The translations under genes were made by a program, and so were the position numbers. Source: Podarcis filfolensis (lineage: Eukaryota). From it: a DNA stretch of 64,000 nt. Numbering within the stretch: position 1 is the first letter of the stretch; every line of letters begins with the position of its first letter. The notes under the pieces are model-generated. The model was not told the origin of the DNA, did not search any database, and was given only the letters and a program-made list of their open reading frames with translations. Positions 12,709 to 25,500 of the stretch are shown here, piece by piece. The stretch is taken from assembly GCA_964270895.1 (NCBI GenBank), contig OZ185445.1, one strand, 5' to 3'.

Positions 12709-14249
12709 TACTTAAGAGCTGCAGAGTGCAGTTGCAGCCAAGAGAGAAGCAGCTACTTGCAGCTCCAGGGCCTGAGCGGGTTCAGGGGGTGGCACAGGCT
12801 CACCCTCTGCCACCAATGGAGAGGGAAGGCGAGGGAGGGGGGAAAGGAAGAGCCGTTCAGCATGGCGGCCCCCCCTCGCTGTGCAGTCCTGGGGCACTTG
12901 GGGCGGACCACTCCTCCCACCCACCCCTTCCGCCACCAATGTCTTTGGACCAGGGATTATCCAAGGAACCTTGAAATGTCCGAGATCAAAACAATATGGG
13001 CATTCCAAAGCATATGCTATATTCCAGATGCCTCTTTATGACTATTAATATGCCACTGATTTATATGTATTTTAATGCATATCTGGAACAATAGGGTTGC
13101 CTGTGTGAAACGGCTGTTTCCATGAAATCACAAGAATCTATTGTTAAAATGGCAGCGCCTCAAACATAGTGAAACTTTAATACCATCAGCAAGAATAAAA
13201 CTCCACCTTGAAATTAGGAGAAAAGAAGAATAGATCAGAAATGAGATTGCCACCCGGGGTTTTGTCTCGATTTGACATTTTTATTCAGTTGGGTTTTTTT
13301 AAAGTTGGGGCACATGACCATATTTGAAAGGAAGGAAGAAGAGAAATGCATAATGAAGGGAAGGAAATATGAAAAATTATTATCCAGGACTTCCTTTTAC
13401 TACAGTTGCTTGGTCATCTGTGGGGCTGTGCAATAAATCGCCATATTGTTGAATACTGGTATTGAAATAACATTGTGATAAGTGCTTCCACAAGGCAATA
13501 TGCCAGTGAACAAAAGGTGGAGACGTAACAGCTTCCTGGGGGCAGCTCAGCTGAACGGATACTTTACAGATAATTTGCAGGCACTGTCTCTTCCTCCTCC
13601 CTCCTAACCAATAAGAAAAGTAGATAAGCCGTCACACAAACCAGCAAACTCTTTCAGCTTCACCCCTATCTTTCCACTTAGAGGTCAGCTAATTATGCAG
13701 AGCTTGCTAACAATAGACAATCAGAGACCCAGCAGCAAAGAATGTAATAAAAAAATTGGAAAGTTCTTTTTTCTTACCTCACACTCATCCCCACTGTCAA
13801 AAAAAGAGGGGAAAGAGTTTTTATTTGTATTTTCTGTTGTTGGTTCCCCCTAAATAGCTTTCCTCCATATTAAAAAGGAAGAGTTTAAAAAAAATATATT
13901 AAAGGAGACTATCTTTTTGCTAGCTTGCCCTCCCTCTGATAAAAAAGGAGAGATTGGTGGGATGAGGGCTTTGGGGGAGGCTTCTGTGGTGGGCGGGAAT
14001 GGAGGGGAGAAGATTTAGCTGGCTGTCTTATGGGAGGTTGGGTACTATGTGAGAATGTTGGGGAGGGTGTTTTTCAGTAAGCAGTGCAGGTAAATGCATG
14101 TCTACTTGCAAGCAAGCCCTACTGAATTCAATGAGGCTTACTCCCAGGAAAGTAGAAGTTAGTTTAGTTGAACTCAGTGGGGCTTCTACATGCACAGATT
14201 CCACTCAGACCTCTGAGTGGGGAAGCAGATGCAAACTGACTAGTAAATC

Positions 14250-15937
14250 GGGACTTCCGGGTTGGCGCCATCGCCGAATGGCGGACTCCCTCCGAGCTCC
14301 GGAGGGAGTCTGCTCGGCAGGGGCTGGGTTCTACCGCACCGGCGATGCGGGGACCCTTAGAAACCACGGCCACGGAGGCCGTGGACATGGAGACTCGGCT
14401 TGCACCGTTAGCGCCCTCCCGACTCGTGAAGGAGCCTTTTTAAAGGCTACGGATCGGGTGCCGGGGAGAAGCGTGGTGCCTTGAGTTTTCTGCTTCCCCT
14501 GCTGAGCGAAGCCGCATGCCATCCGGCGGAGAGCGCTGACTTCTTCCATTGAAAATTCGGACTTTTCAACAACAACCCGTGAGTAAATTTGGAAATCGGG
14601 TTCAAAAGGAGGAAAAAAAATTTTTTTTTTTTTTTTTCGAATTGGATACGAGCGGGGGGGATCCAAAAAGGAAGTCAGTCCCCTCCCTATTGTAAACTTT
14701 CCAAAACAAGGACGGGGAAACCAAGACCCAAAAAGGCTTGCATTGCTGATAAAAATCCAAAATTTCACGATGGGGAACTACAAGAACTGTGCTGGAGGAG
14801 GAACTGGAGAAGGGAAACGCAACCCCCCCCCCTGGGAACCGGGGCGACTGAAGAGAGAGCCTGGTGAAAGGAGTCGGAGATTTTGACAGCTGTCAAAATA
14901 GCTGTCAAAGTCGAAAAGCGGAGTGGATTTTATTATGAGAACTTGGCTGGTTAAATTTGATACAATTTGCTACAACTTGTTAAAATTTGGATACAAAATG
15001 GCGAATATGGATAACAAATTGACTTTTGGATTAGAGGAAACAAAGTTACAACAATCCCCCTTGAGGAGCTTCGGGACATTACAAGGACCGGGAAAGTGGA
15101 AAAACACCAATGGAACTTTACAGGACTGGTTATCTTCTGGGAAAGCTGCAAAACGGAAATAACATCTCGTCTTCAGGGTGTTTTCTTTTTTGTTTTTTTT
15201 AAAGGAGACAATAGATTTTTCTATTGAAGAAAGGAAGGGACTGAACGTAAGGTTTTGCCCCTGAATAACAACCATCCCTGCAGACTTACCAAACTTTCGA
15301 ACTACAACGTTTTAGCAGCGGAACAAAGGGAAATCAGACTACAACCTGGAAAGAACAATGGAGGGAGTTCTATTACAGTTTTATTAAAGACTGAAGTTAA
15401 AGTTTTGAAAAATAATGATAATAATAATAATTTTGATTTTCAAAAAAATTTATTTTTAATTTTAAAAAGAAAAAGCCAGCAAGGAGTTGGGGAAAAGTTG
15501 TGATTTATGGCCTTAAGAATTCCAGGCAGACACCAGGGGTTGATGGTCAGGGGGAAATTAAACCGGGGACAGGGGGGGGAGAACTAAAACTCCAAAGGCT
15601 TGCCAACTTGGTTATTTTTTGCTGAATTGGTCTATTATTCATTATATTTTTTTTTTTATTTTCTACTTTTTCTGTTTCTATTATCTGGGGTGCTTCTTTT
15701 ATTAAAAAATGGAAATTGTGGAATGACATGGGGTGGGTCTTGGGGAAAGAACACTGGGGTTTTTTTTCTTTTTTTTTTTATTGTAAAACAAATTAAGTTT
15801 CAATTTGGATGGGGAACTTGTTTGACCAACAATATGAAAGGGGAATATGGTAGGGGTGGGGGAAGGGGGGAGTCCCGTAAAGTGATATTTTTTGTATTTT
15901 TGAAAAATTTTAATAAATATTATTTAAAAAAAAAAAA
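14250..15937 (+). mobile_element. Complete non-autonomous L1-type retroelement (1688 bp)
   Basis: Exact 18-bp TSD caaactgactagtaaatc at 14232-14249 and 15938-15955; GGG start; CpG-rich first 350 bp; G-rich 3' UTR; AATAAA at 15912-15917; A12 tail; no long ORF. Confidence 0.88.
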
Positions 15938-16059
15938 CAAACTGACTAGTAAATCACTTAAACTACTCTTAAATTAGTTGAAAATATATTCAATATATTA
16001 TACGAAAGATTATTTAATATTTTTATTAATTATACTTCTTCCTTACATTTTAAGGCCCT

Positions 16060-16600
16060 CCACCGCCACAGGGAGCCTTGTCAAGGCCCTCTGCTGCTGT
16101 GGGGAAGCGCAGCACAGCCTTCACCGCTGCAGGGATGTACAGTGTGATCCTCCGTCACTGGGGGGGGGGCACAACAAAGTCCTCTGCTGCTGCGGGGAAG
16201 CATGGTGCACCCTCTGCCACCATGGGGAGGTGTGTCAAGGCTCTCTGCTGCTGCGAGGAAGTGCGGCGGGACCCTCTGCTGCCGCGGGAAAGTGTGGTGC
16301 ATGCTCTGCAGCTGCAGGGAGGTACAGTGGTATTCTCTGCTGCTGTGGGGAAGCATGGCACATCCTCCGCTGCCACGGGAAGCCATGGCAATGCCTTCTG
16401 CAGCTGCAGTGAAGTGTGGCACACTCTCCGCCACTGTGGGGAGGCACAGCAAGGGCTTCTGCTTCTGGGGGAAGTGCTGCACACCCTCTGCCACCTCGGG
16501 AGGTGCGGCAAGACCCTCTGTATCCTCCTTCGGCTCGGGGAGATATGACGGGATCCTCTGTTGCTGTTGGGAGGCTAGCAAGGTATTCCACCGCCGCAGA
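16060..16600. repeat. Degenerate GC-rich minisatellite, about 30-bp unit (ccctctgcYgcYgcggggaagtgYggcaca)
   Basis: Recurrent ctctgctgc...ggggaag every 30 or 60 bp. Confidence 0.75.
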
Positions 16601-16683
16601 TATATATCGTGATATATCGAAATATCGTGATGTTTAGCTGGTGTAATATCGTGATGTTGAAAACCAGATATCCCCCAGCTCTA
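16598..16683. mobile_element. hAT-like DNA transposon terminus
   Basis: Multiple atcgtgat/gatat subterminal repeats ending ccagatatcccccagctcta; reverse-complement match at 29082-29156 and a related end near 61820-61892. Confidence 0.6.
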
Positions 16684-17559
16684 GTCATCTGTATCATCAT
16701 GCAAATGTCAAATAGGATTGTATCACACATCAGGTGTAGAAGTGTAATGATATGTTTGTCTGTATGCATCCTAACATTTTTTTAAACAATGATACATACA
16801 TGGCATATTGGCATACTGACTAAGCCTAGCACGAGCAGATGTGTTCACAAATGCGAATTTCAAGCCATTTGAAACCTCAGAGCCATTTCTTAGAAAATAT
16901 TTGTGTATTTAGGTAAATGCCAGAGTGCAAGATACATATATAATACATCAAATATTAGACAGACTTGTATTTAAACTCTGCATATTTACACTTCAAGTAG
17001 ACATGAACAAGGAAGTACCAAAAAATCCATTCATGTGTATTTTATAAGGATTTCCACGTATGTCTGATGCACACACTGTATATGTATTTTATACTCTTTG
17101 TCTGTATGCAGAATTCTAAACATATTGTAGAAAACTGCTCATTGACTGACTTCTTGAAATTCCTTCTTGAAGTTAGTTTAGAATCGCTGCTGCAATTGAC
17201 CACAGGTTGTGATTCATGCTCCCTGTTTTTAAACCTATGCTTACTTATTATTTTTAATGCACCTGCTTCTATGTTTTATTAAGTATTGGAAAAATAGCCA
17301 AGTGAACTCTTAGGAAATCTGTTTCTTTTGAGGTTATAGCTCTTATAGGCCCCACTTTGCTCATAAACAGAGACACTTTCAGAAGAGACTGATCTCACAA
17401 TAAAAATATATTGTACCGAAAGCTATTTAGGAATGAGCGCTGCCTCTTCTTTTCCCCTCCCCAAAGTGAAGCACAGATCTCCTTTTCTGTTTTTATTGCA
17501 CGAATTCCAGGGACCTTATAAATAGGAATTTAGTGTATACTTTTGGGTCATATCGGCTA

Positions 17560-17811
17560 CAGTGGTACCTCTGGATGCGAACGGGATCCGTTCCAGAGCC
17601 CCGTTTGCATCCTGAAGCGAACGCAACCCGCGTCTGCGCATGTGCTGGTCGTGATTCACCGCTTCCGCACATGGGCGTGACGTCATTTTGAGCGTCTGCG
17701 CATGCGCGAGGGGCGAAACCCGGAAGTAACACGCTCCGTTACTTCCAGGACACCGCAGAGCGCAACCCAAAAATGCTCAACCGGAAGCTATTTCAACCTG
17801 AGGTATGACTG
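17560..17811. mobile_element. pogo/Tigger-like MITE, CpG-rich subfamily
   Basis: TA-cagtggtacctc...gaggtatgactg; contains TGACGTCA, TGCGCATGCGCG and CCGGAAGT. Confidence 0.88.
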
Positions 17812-17939
17812 TCCATTTTTCAAAAATTGATATTTATTCCTCAAGTGGCTCGCTGATAGGTGTCTTAACAGGTAACAGATTTGGCTGTAATGTCTTGGTG
17901 AGTTACAGGACATATAACAGAGAGCCATATAACTCATTG

Positions 17940-18181
17940 CAGTGGTACCTCGTGTTACGTACTTACTCCGTTCCGGAGGTCCGTTCGTAACCGGAAACCG
18001 CTTGTAACATGAGGCGCATTTTCTCTAATGGCGCCTCCGGCTGCTGCTGCACCACGGGAGCGCAACTTCCTCTCGCATCCCGGGGCAAAGTTCACAACAA
18101 GGGGCATCTACTTCCGGGTTAGTGGAGCGCGTAACCCGAAGCATTTGTAAGGGGGACGGTACTTAACACGAGGTATCACTG
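17940..18181. mobile_element. pogo/Tigger-like MITE
   Basis: cagtggtacctc...gaggtatcactg-TA; shares its right flank with the 48962 copy. Confidence 0.88.
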
Positions 18182-19203
18182 TACATGTGCCTAGTGACAC
18201 TCTTCAATTTTCTCCTCTGAAAGACTGCCCTTCTTCCCAGTTCTTCTGTACTGCTAATTATTTTAGAAACAGAGAAGAATTTAAGAGCTCTGCATAACAG
18301 AGTGTTAGGGGAAGGTTGCTGGATGTGAAGCTCATGAGCTTTGTTTTAGGTCACTGATCATTCCTTCTAATTGCAAACTTGGGGTTTGGAAATGAAATGG
18401 GTGCACCCCAAAATAAGAATATGCTTTCTATATACTTGGGGATTCCCTTGGTAAAACAGAAGCATGGAGCACCCAGAAAGAAGTCACAAAGATGCAGGTT
18501 ACTGGTCTTTCCTCTTGCCCTACTGGTATTGGGGGGAGAGACACCCAGAAGTGACTCCAATGGATATTCAGAAGATTATGCTATTAATTAAGAAAAATAA
18601 AAAGAAAATTCTCTTTATATAAGATCCTCTGCTTATATAACCTTAACAGGAAGTAGCCAGAGTGATTCCTTTGTGCAGCAAGGGGGTGGATATCAAAAGG
18701 AACAGTTAGGCAAAGGAAGGAAAGGGGCCTTCCTGTTGAGTCAATATTTGGAAGTTCATATTACCCCTGGAGAGGAAGATGCAGAAAGGATTGTCATCAC
18801 CTTCTTCCAGGAACTGTCATCTCAAAAGGAGCGGGACTTATACCAGTAGATGGGGGGAAGATGATAAAATATTAATTCCAGAAATAAGTGCAGTTCAGAG
18901 GAGGGAACAGGATGCCACCACTTATTTGGAGTGAAGCCCATCAATTACTGTGGAGACCCATGCAGCCGAGCTGCCATTTTCTGGTGTACATACCGTACAG
19001 CTTTTAGAGAGTCAGAGGAAGTATTTGAAGAGTTCCAAATTCAGTCACATTCAGGGGTTCCTGCCAATTTTTTAAAAATACAATTCTTTTGAATCTGGCT
19101 TGCAAGTTTGTATGTACACATCTTTGTGCGTGCTTTCTTCTCCCATCCCCCCCTCACATTTTGGCTATTATTCCATACATGGAAACTCAAATATATTATA
19201 GTC

Positions 19204-19337
19204 CATTGTTCCTCAACCTTGGATCCCCAGCAGTTATTGGACTACAATTCCCATCATCCCTGGCCATTGGCAAAACTGGCTGGAAGTGATGGGAGTTGTA
19301 TTCCAACAGCATCTTCAATCCAGGGTTCAGTTAACAC
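19204..19337. mobile_element. hAT-like short MITE (ggactacaattcccatcatccc family)
   Basis: Internal inverted repeat actacaattcccatca / tgatgggagttgta; similar to 61375-61510. Confidence 0.6.
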
Positions 19338-20243
19338 TTATTCTTATAGTGCTAAGTCTCATGTTAAAAACTATACAGGAGGTAAGATTTAACCAGTAAC
19401 TTCCACATGAAATTTCCCATATGCTAAGCTTTGCACCAGAGGCCCTTCTTTGGCTTCCACTTCTATCAGAAATAGGCTGACAGCTACTGAGGAAAGAACC
19501 TTCTCAGTCTGATCACTGGGCTGAGTGGTATAAATCTTAAGACTTATTTATTCACCCAGATATTCAATTTATTTTTTTAGCTGCTGATTTTTTGTTTTTT
19601 GTTTTGGGATTGTATGATGTTCTGCTGTTTCTTTTTTAAGCAAATATTTGATAATGATTTTTTTAAAAAAATGTTGCACTTCTTTGAAAACCCCAGGATG
19701 ATGTCAGGATCTGGAAGTTCAAGAGTCTCATCCTTCCTAATTCTTGAAGTTGTCCAGTATTTAATAAAATACACACTTTGCATCTTTTCTCAGCTTTCGG
19801 GGGAATACTGTGCCACATACAATGTGTGTGTTTGTGGTGGAGGAGATGCAAAGCTTCACAAGTGACCTTATTTTCTAAATAATTCAGGAATTTCAATTTA
19901 GCAAAACTTCAAAACCAAATTCGAGAAGTTTGAAAATTGCTAGGAGAGGATAATGAATATAATATTTTTTAAAATGATTTTGGATCTGAAACTGGGTTTC
20001 ATAAGTAAGTACCGTGTCATAATACTACCTAGCTGATGTAGCTAATTGCTTGAATATTGATGGATGGTAATGTTGCCCAATGGCAAGGAAATGTATTTGT
20101 AGAACTAGTTCTTACATTGTGTGTAAAAGTGTTTAATCATAAGTTTGTTGTGTCTATGCATTTTCAAGCAGTGATTGAGGAATAACAATAACAACAACAA
20201 CAGTGTTAGAGTTGAATTAATACATGAACCCAAAACGGTTGTA

Positions 20244-20469
20244 CAGTGGTACCTCGGGTTAAGAACTTAATTCGTTCCGGAGGTCCGTTCTTAACCTGAA
20301 ACTGTTCTTAACCTGAATCACCACTTTAGCTAATGGGGCCTCCTGCTGCTGCCGCTCCGCCGGAGCACGATTTCTGTTCTCATCCTGAAGCAAAGTTCTT
20401 AACCCAAGGTAATATTTCTGGGTTAGCGGAGTGTGTAACCTGAAGCGTATGTAACCCAAGGTACTACTG
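20244..20469. mobile_element. pogo/Tigger-like MITE
   Basis: TA-cagtggtacctcgggtta...taacccaaggtactactg-TA; ends 108 bp upstream of exon 2. Confidence 0.92.
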
Positions 20470-20543
20470 TAATAGGGAAAAAAGTTTGCTTTAACTGGAC
20501 AAATGAAGTTGTGCGGCTGCTGCATTTTCTTCAGATATTGTAG

Positions 20544-20822
<279 letters not shown>

Positions 20823-22135
20823 TAGATGGCTTTGACTTTGTGTATCTGCTTTAGCCATTTCTGGAGAGGGAAAAGAGTGCTGTTTTTAAAGACAGCACAA
20901 CAGAAAACTAAGCACTGGTATTTCTCCACTTTGTCACAGAAGGTGGTAGAAAGGTATCTACAGCTGATATCCAGTATAGGTAGAGATGACTACTGTGGAT
21001 GTGGTTTACCAGACCTGTTTCTCTAGCCTAGTTTAACTGTAACAGGTGATAAACCTACTTGTGCTGAACCACCACCACATTACAAGTAGGAACTATAACA
21101 AGTATTCCTCTCTGCTAATAGAAAACTAGCACATTAGCGACTAGGGTTCTATCCTAGTTCTCACTGATCTGCTTGTTGTTCTATGTGGAAGGAATATCCT
21201 TGCATGGAAGAATTTTCAGTGCTGTGAGCTCACTGCTACCTGAATTGGTGTAGCCAAACACAGAAATGGCCCTTCAAAGTGCAGCCATTCTTGATGTTGT
21301 GATGTAAGAACATGATGTTGCCTGTTCTGCCTTTCCTGAGCCATGGATGGATCCTGCTTTTGTGCAGAGTGCGCTCATTGATAACTTAGCTTGGGTTGAT
21401 GTAAAGCTGGACATAGAAATTGATTGGAATAGATGCATGGAGGGAAAACTTTGACTTGATTGTGTTTATGGACCTTGAAATTATTCAGCCTCTTTAACCT
21501 TGGGCCCCCAGATGTTGTTGAACTACAACTCCTGTCAGCTCCAGCTGTGCTAGGGTACACTTGGAAATGTGTTTTTGTTTGATTTATAGTGCACACCGGA
21601 GACTTGCAGACATGAACCTTCCCCCCTTGGTTCACAGCACAATATTGATACTTTAAAAAACTTCTGCAGCATTTTTTTCTGAGTGAGGTAGTAGAATCCT
21701 AATGTCAAAAGGTACTGGAGCTTTGTGTGCATATAATAGATAGGAAATTAATTTCTCTCGTCGATGTGGAAAGGTCTGAATTTGCTAACCAGTTTTGTGC
21801 AAGAATTAATGTGACTGACATTAATATGATTGTATCACAACCCTTAGGACATGTTCAGGTATCTATAGATTTTTTTATTACATCAAAATGAAATCTGGGA
21901 GAAAAATCCAATAAGAACATATGGTTTTTCTCCAATTAGCAATATATTGAAGTTAAATGGTTATCATTTAAATTCAGGTGTCTGTTATTATATATTTCAC
22001 AAGGATTATGTAAAACTTTAAAAATCAGTACTTTTTGAGATTATAGTCAATACTGTTAAGAGCCCACTATATATATTTTTTGTGCACTTGTATTTTCAAA
22101 TATTTCAGTTTATTTTGTACTAGAGGACATCTAGT

Positions 22136-22510
22136 AGGGGACGCAGGTGCCACTGTGGTCTAAACCACTGAGCCTCTTGGACTTGCCAATCAGAAGGTCG
22201 GCAGTTTGAATCCCTGCCATGGGGTGAGCTCCTGTTGCTCGGTCCCAGCTCCTGCCAACCTAGCAGTTTGAAAACATGCCAAAAAGTGCAAGTAGATTAA
22301 TAGGTACCGCTCTGGCGGGAAGGCAAATGGTGTTTCCTTGTGCTGCTCTGGTTTCGCCAGAAGCAGCTTAGTCATGCTGGCCACATGACCCGGAAAAACA
22401 GTCTGCGGACAAATGCCGGCTCCCTTGGCCTATAGAGCAAGATGAGCACTGCAACCCCAGAGTCGTCTGCGACTGGACTTAACGGTCGGGGTTCTTTACC
22501 TTTACCTTTT
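22136..22510 (+). mobile_element. Sauria SINE
   Basis: ggggacgcaggtg head, ggtgagctcc core, (tttacc)n tail; 15-bp TSD tagag(g/a)acatct(a/g)gt. Confidence 0.9.
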
Positions 22511-25500
22511 TAGAGAACATCTGGTTATTCAACACACCAGTCTTGGGCTAGGTAAGGGACAATTGAACTATTTTCATGGCTGTGTGATTTGAGCAAGTAA
22601 AAAATAATCAGAAAAAACCATAACGTTCTCCTGCTATCAAACTAAAAAAATATACTAGTGAGGTGATGCTTCTGGACAAAAGCAAGAACACAGCTGTGTG
22701 GGTGTGGGTGTGGTTATGATACTTGGAATTACAATGCCCTGCCATCGTTGGCTTTAGTGGAACTATGAGTCATGAACATATTTGCCATGTGGAACTCAGT
22801 TTAAATCCTTTGTCTTGGGTGCCTGTGGGGCTGTCTCAGACATGTTATGCTCATGTGGATGTCCAATTTGTATGAACCAGCTTCTCTAAAAAGTGTCACC
22901 ACTCTCATGGAATTGGGGGAAGTATGTGTACAGTACTGATATGGAGGCATCAGTACACACAAATGCTGCCTTGGTGCAGGCATGACCAGTCTGTCCAGCC
23001 TGCTCATAGACCCCGCTCCTGAGGTCACCTGAGGATGTGTGAACTAGACTTTCGATACCACCTTAAGTTCTGAATTCCGATACTTTTTGTCTGTAGAATG
23101 ATAACCATGAAGAAAGCTGTTAGGGTCTCCTGTGATCACATTAATCAAAAACAGGACCTGAATTCACCAGGAAATGTGCTTTTGCTAAATATGTTCCAGG
23201 TGATATAAAAATGTAAATTTTACACAAAAAGTTGACTGAACATCCTACTCTATTGGATAAGGAGAGGCAAAGTTATCTTAAAACCATTTCCTTTCTGCAT
23301 CCATGTTTCTGAGTCTCCTGGAAAATACAGGAAAGGCACTACCTAATCGCTTGAATCTCGTATCAGGAAATTCTATCCATGCAGAGTTTCGTTTTTGCTT
23401 TTAAAGCAGCAGGGTATTTTTAGTAAGCCACTTTGTTTTTCTCATCAGTTTCAAAAAATCTGCGCTCCTTTTTAAAGATTCTGCCAGGCTTGAAAAAGTG
23501 GCTTGGATTATTGAACATTTTCAATAAAACCAGGAATGTATTGATGTCGTCTTAAATTAAATGTAAGCTTTAATTACTATAATAAATAAACTCTTCCATT
23601 AATTGCAGCTTACAACTAGAACTCCTAAGTATGTTGTTGCTGTGGCTACTTTATTTTAAAAGTAAAGTTTTCATGAGTCATATTTGCAGCAGAGTCCTAT
23701 GTATGCTTCCTTTGCAGTAAATCTTGCTGTGTTCCATGGGGTTTTCTCCCGAGTAAGTAGGTTTAGGATTGCAACCTTAGGGTTGTATCCAACATTAGTC
23801 ATTTTTAGGATACACCCATTGGATTAATCCAATGCTTGTTTAAAATGAAGTGTGAATCAAGCTTGTGTTTGTATGAGGAAGGAATAGGAAACCTGTGGTC
23901 CTCCAGATGTTGCTGTATTCCAGCTCCTTTCCGCCGTGCAGCCAGTATCAGAAATGGTCAGGAATGAACCACAGGTCCATTATCCCTGATGAAGATAGAG
24001 GTAGAATGTGACTAGTTAACTAAGGGGTGTCTAACCTTTGGCTCTTGAGATGTTGCTGGACTACATCCCTGACTATTGTCCATGTTGGTTGGGGCTGACA
24101 GAATGTAAAGTCCAACACCTGGAGCACCATGGATTAGCCTCCCCTGAGTTAACTGAACACTGCTATTGGTGTTAATGTGATGCTGGGAGAGCTTAGTGAT
24201 ACATGCCTTTTAGTGGAAAGATGTGACTGTTCTGATCTGCTTCGTAATCCTCATTACCAGAGGCTAAACAGAGTCTGATGTGATATTGAAAACGGTAAAG
24301 GGGAAAGATCAGTAGCATTGCTTAAATCTGGGTCTTAATGAAGCGTACAGCTACTTTTGCCTTCTCACAGAGAGCCACAGTCCCCAGTGTGTTGCCTCAT
24401 AGTACTTGTTCGATGTACTCGTGTTATTTCTCGTGGGACTGGAAATGGCTTATTTTATGGACATCTTCATGATCTTATGATGTTTGTTCATAAATGGATA
24501 AGGATGGAGCCAGAATTCTGCAAAGGCAGTAGTTTGGTTTCCATGTGTGATCAGGAATCTATTCCTGATCATGGTGATGCATGATCACTGCACTTCACAA
24601 AAAAATGGTGTGTGTGTCCCTTACGTTATGTCAGGTGGAAGAAGTAGGATGGTTTTTAGCTAAATAGACCCATCAGTGCAATAACTGAAAGCACACCTTT
24701 AGGGGATCTTGCTGTCAGCATTGATTAGCTGATAAGTCCCATTGGGAGTCCCATTGAAGTTGTCTGACACCAGTAATTAATAGGCAGCACTGCCTTTCTG
24801 GATAGGAAGAGCTTAGGATCCCTTCTGCCAGCGGGAGAGGGGACAACTGTTTTTGAACAAATTATATCACAAGCTCTTCCATTTTTAACAAAAGTGTAGT
24901 TCAGATTTGGGCTAGGCTCCTTGAAGGTTATATACTGGGTATTTTCACTTTGCTGCTTTTCAAGTGGTGCATTAATTTTGCTGCACTCTCTGTTTCTGGT
25001 TTAGGTTAGGCATGTTCACTTGGAGAAATACGGTAGCAGAAATTATACAAGACTCCTTCAAGGTCCACTTGGAACAGGAGCCTGTGGAATACTAAATAAG
25101 CCTTTTAACAGCTTTTCACACCTGCAGGGCTCATTTTCTAATCTCTCAGTCTGCACCCTGGACAGCTCATAGCTATGCAGAAGCAAAGCTGGTTTCCAGA
25201 CCACCTTGTGCAGTTACTTTAATAATAGGTCTTTTGACAAAGAAAACAAAATAGAAACACAATTTTTGTGCATACATCTTAAGGAAATATGTCTCGATAA
25301 CCTACCATTTAGGGAATGGAAGTATGTGCAAGCCACCACAAGGCTAGTAACTTGTAGAAGCAGAAGGTGTTTTGATGCCTAAAATATTCAGGGCTCTGTC
25401 CTCTGCCACACAGGTGCCTCTTCTTATCTAAACCTTTCATCAAGAAAACATGGGCTCCCTTTTCAGAAAATGTATGCAGCTATATCCCTATAAATCTAAT

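Noticed and set aside
16078-16637. Overlapping 118-166 aa ORFs
   Set aside because: Artefact of a stop-poor GC-rich minisatellite; low-complexity Cys/Ala/Gly peptides in several frames.
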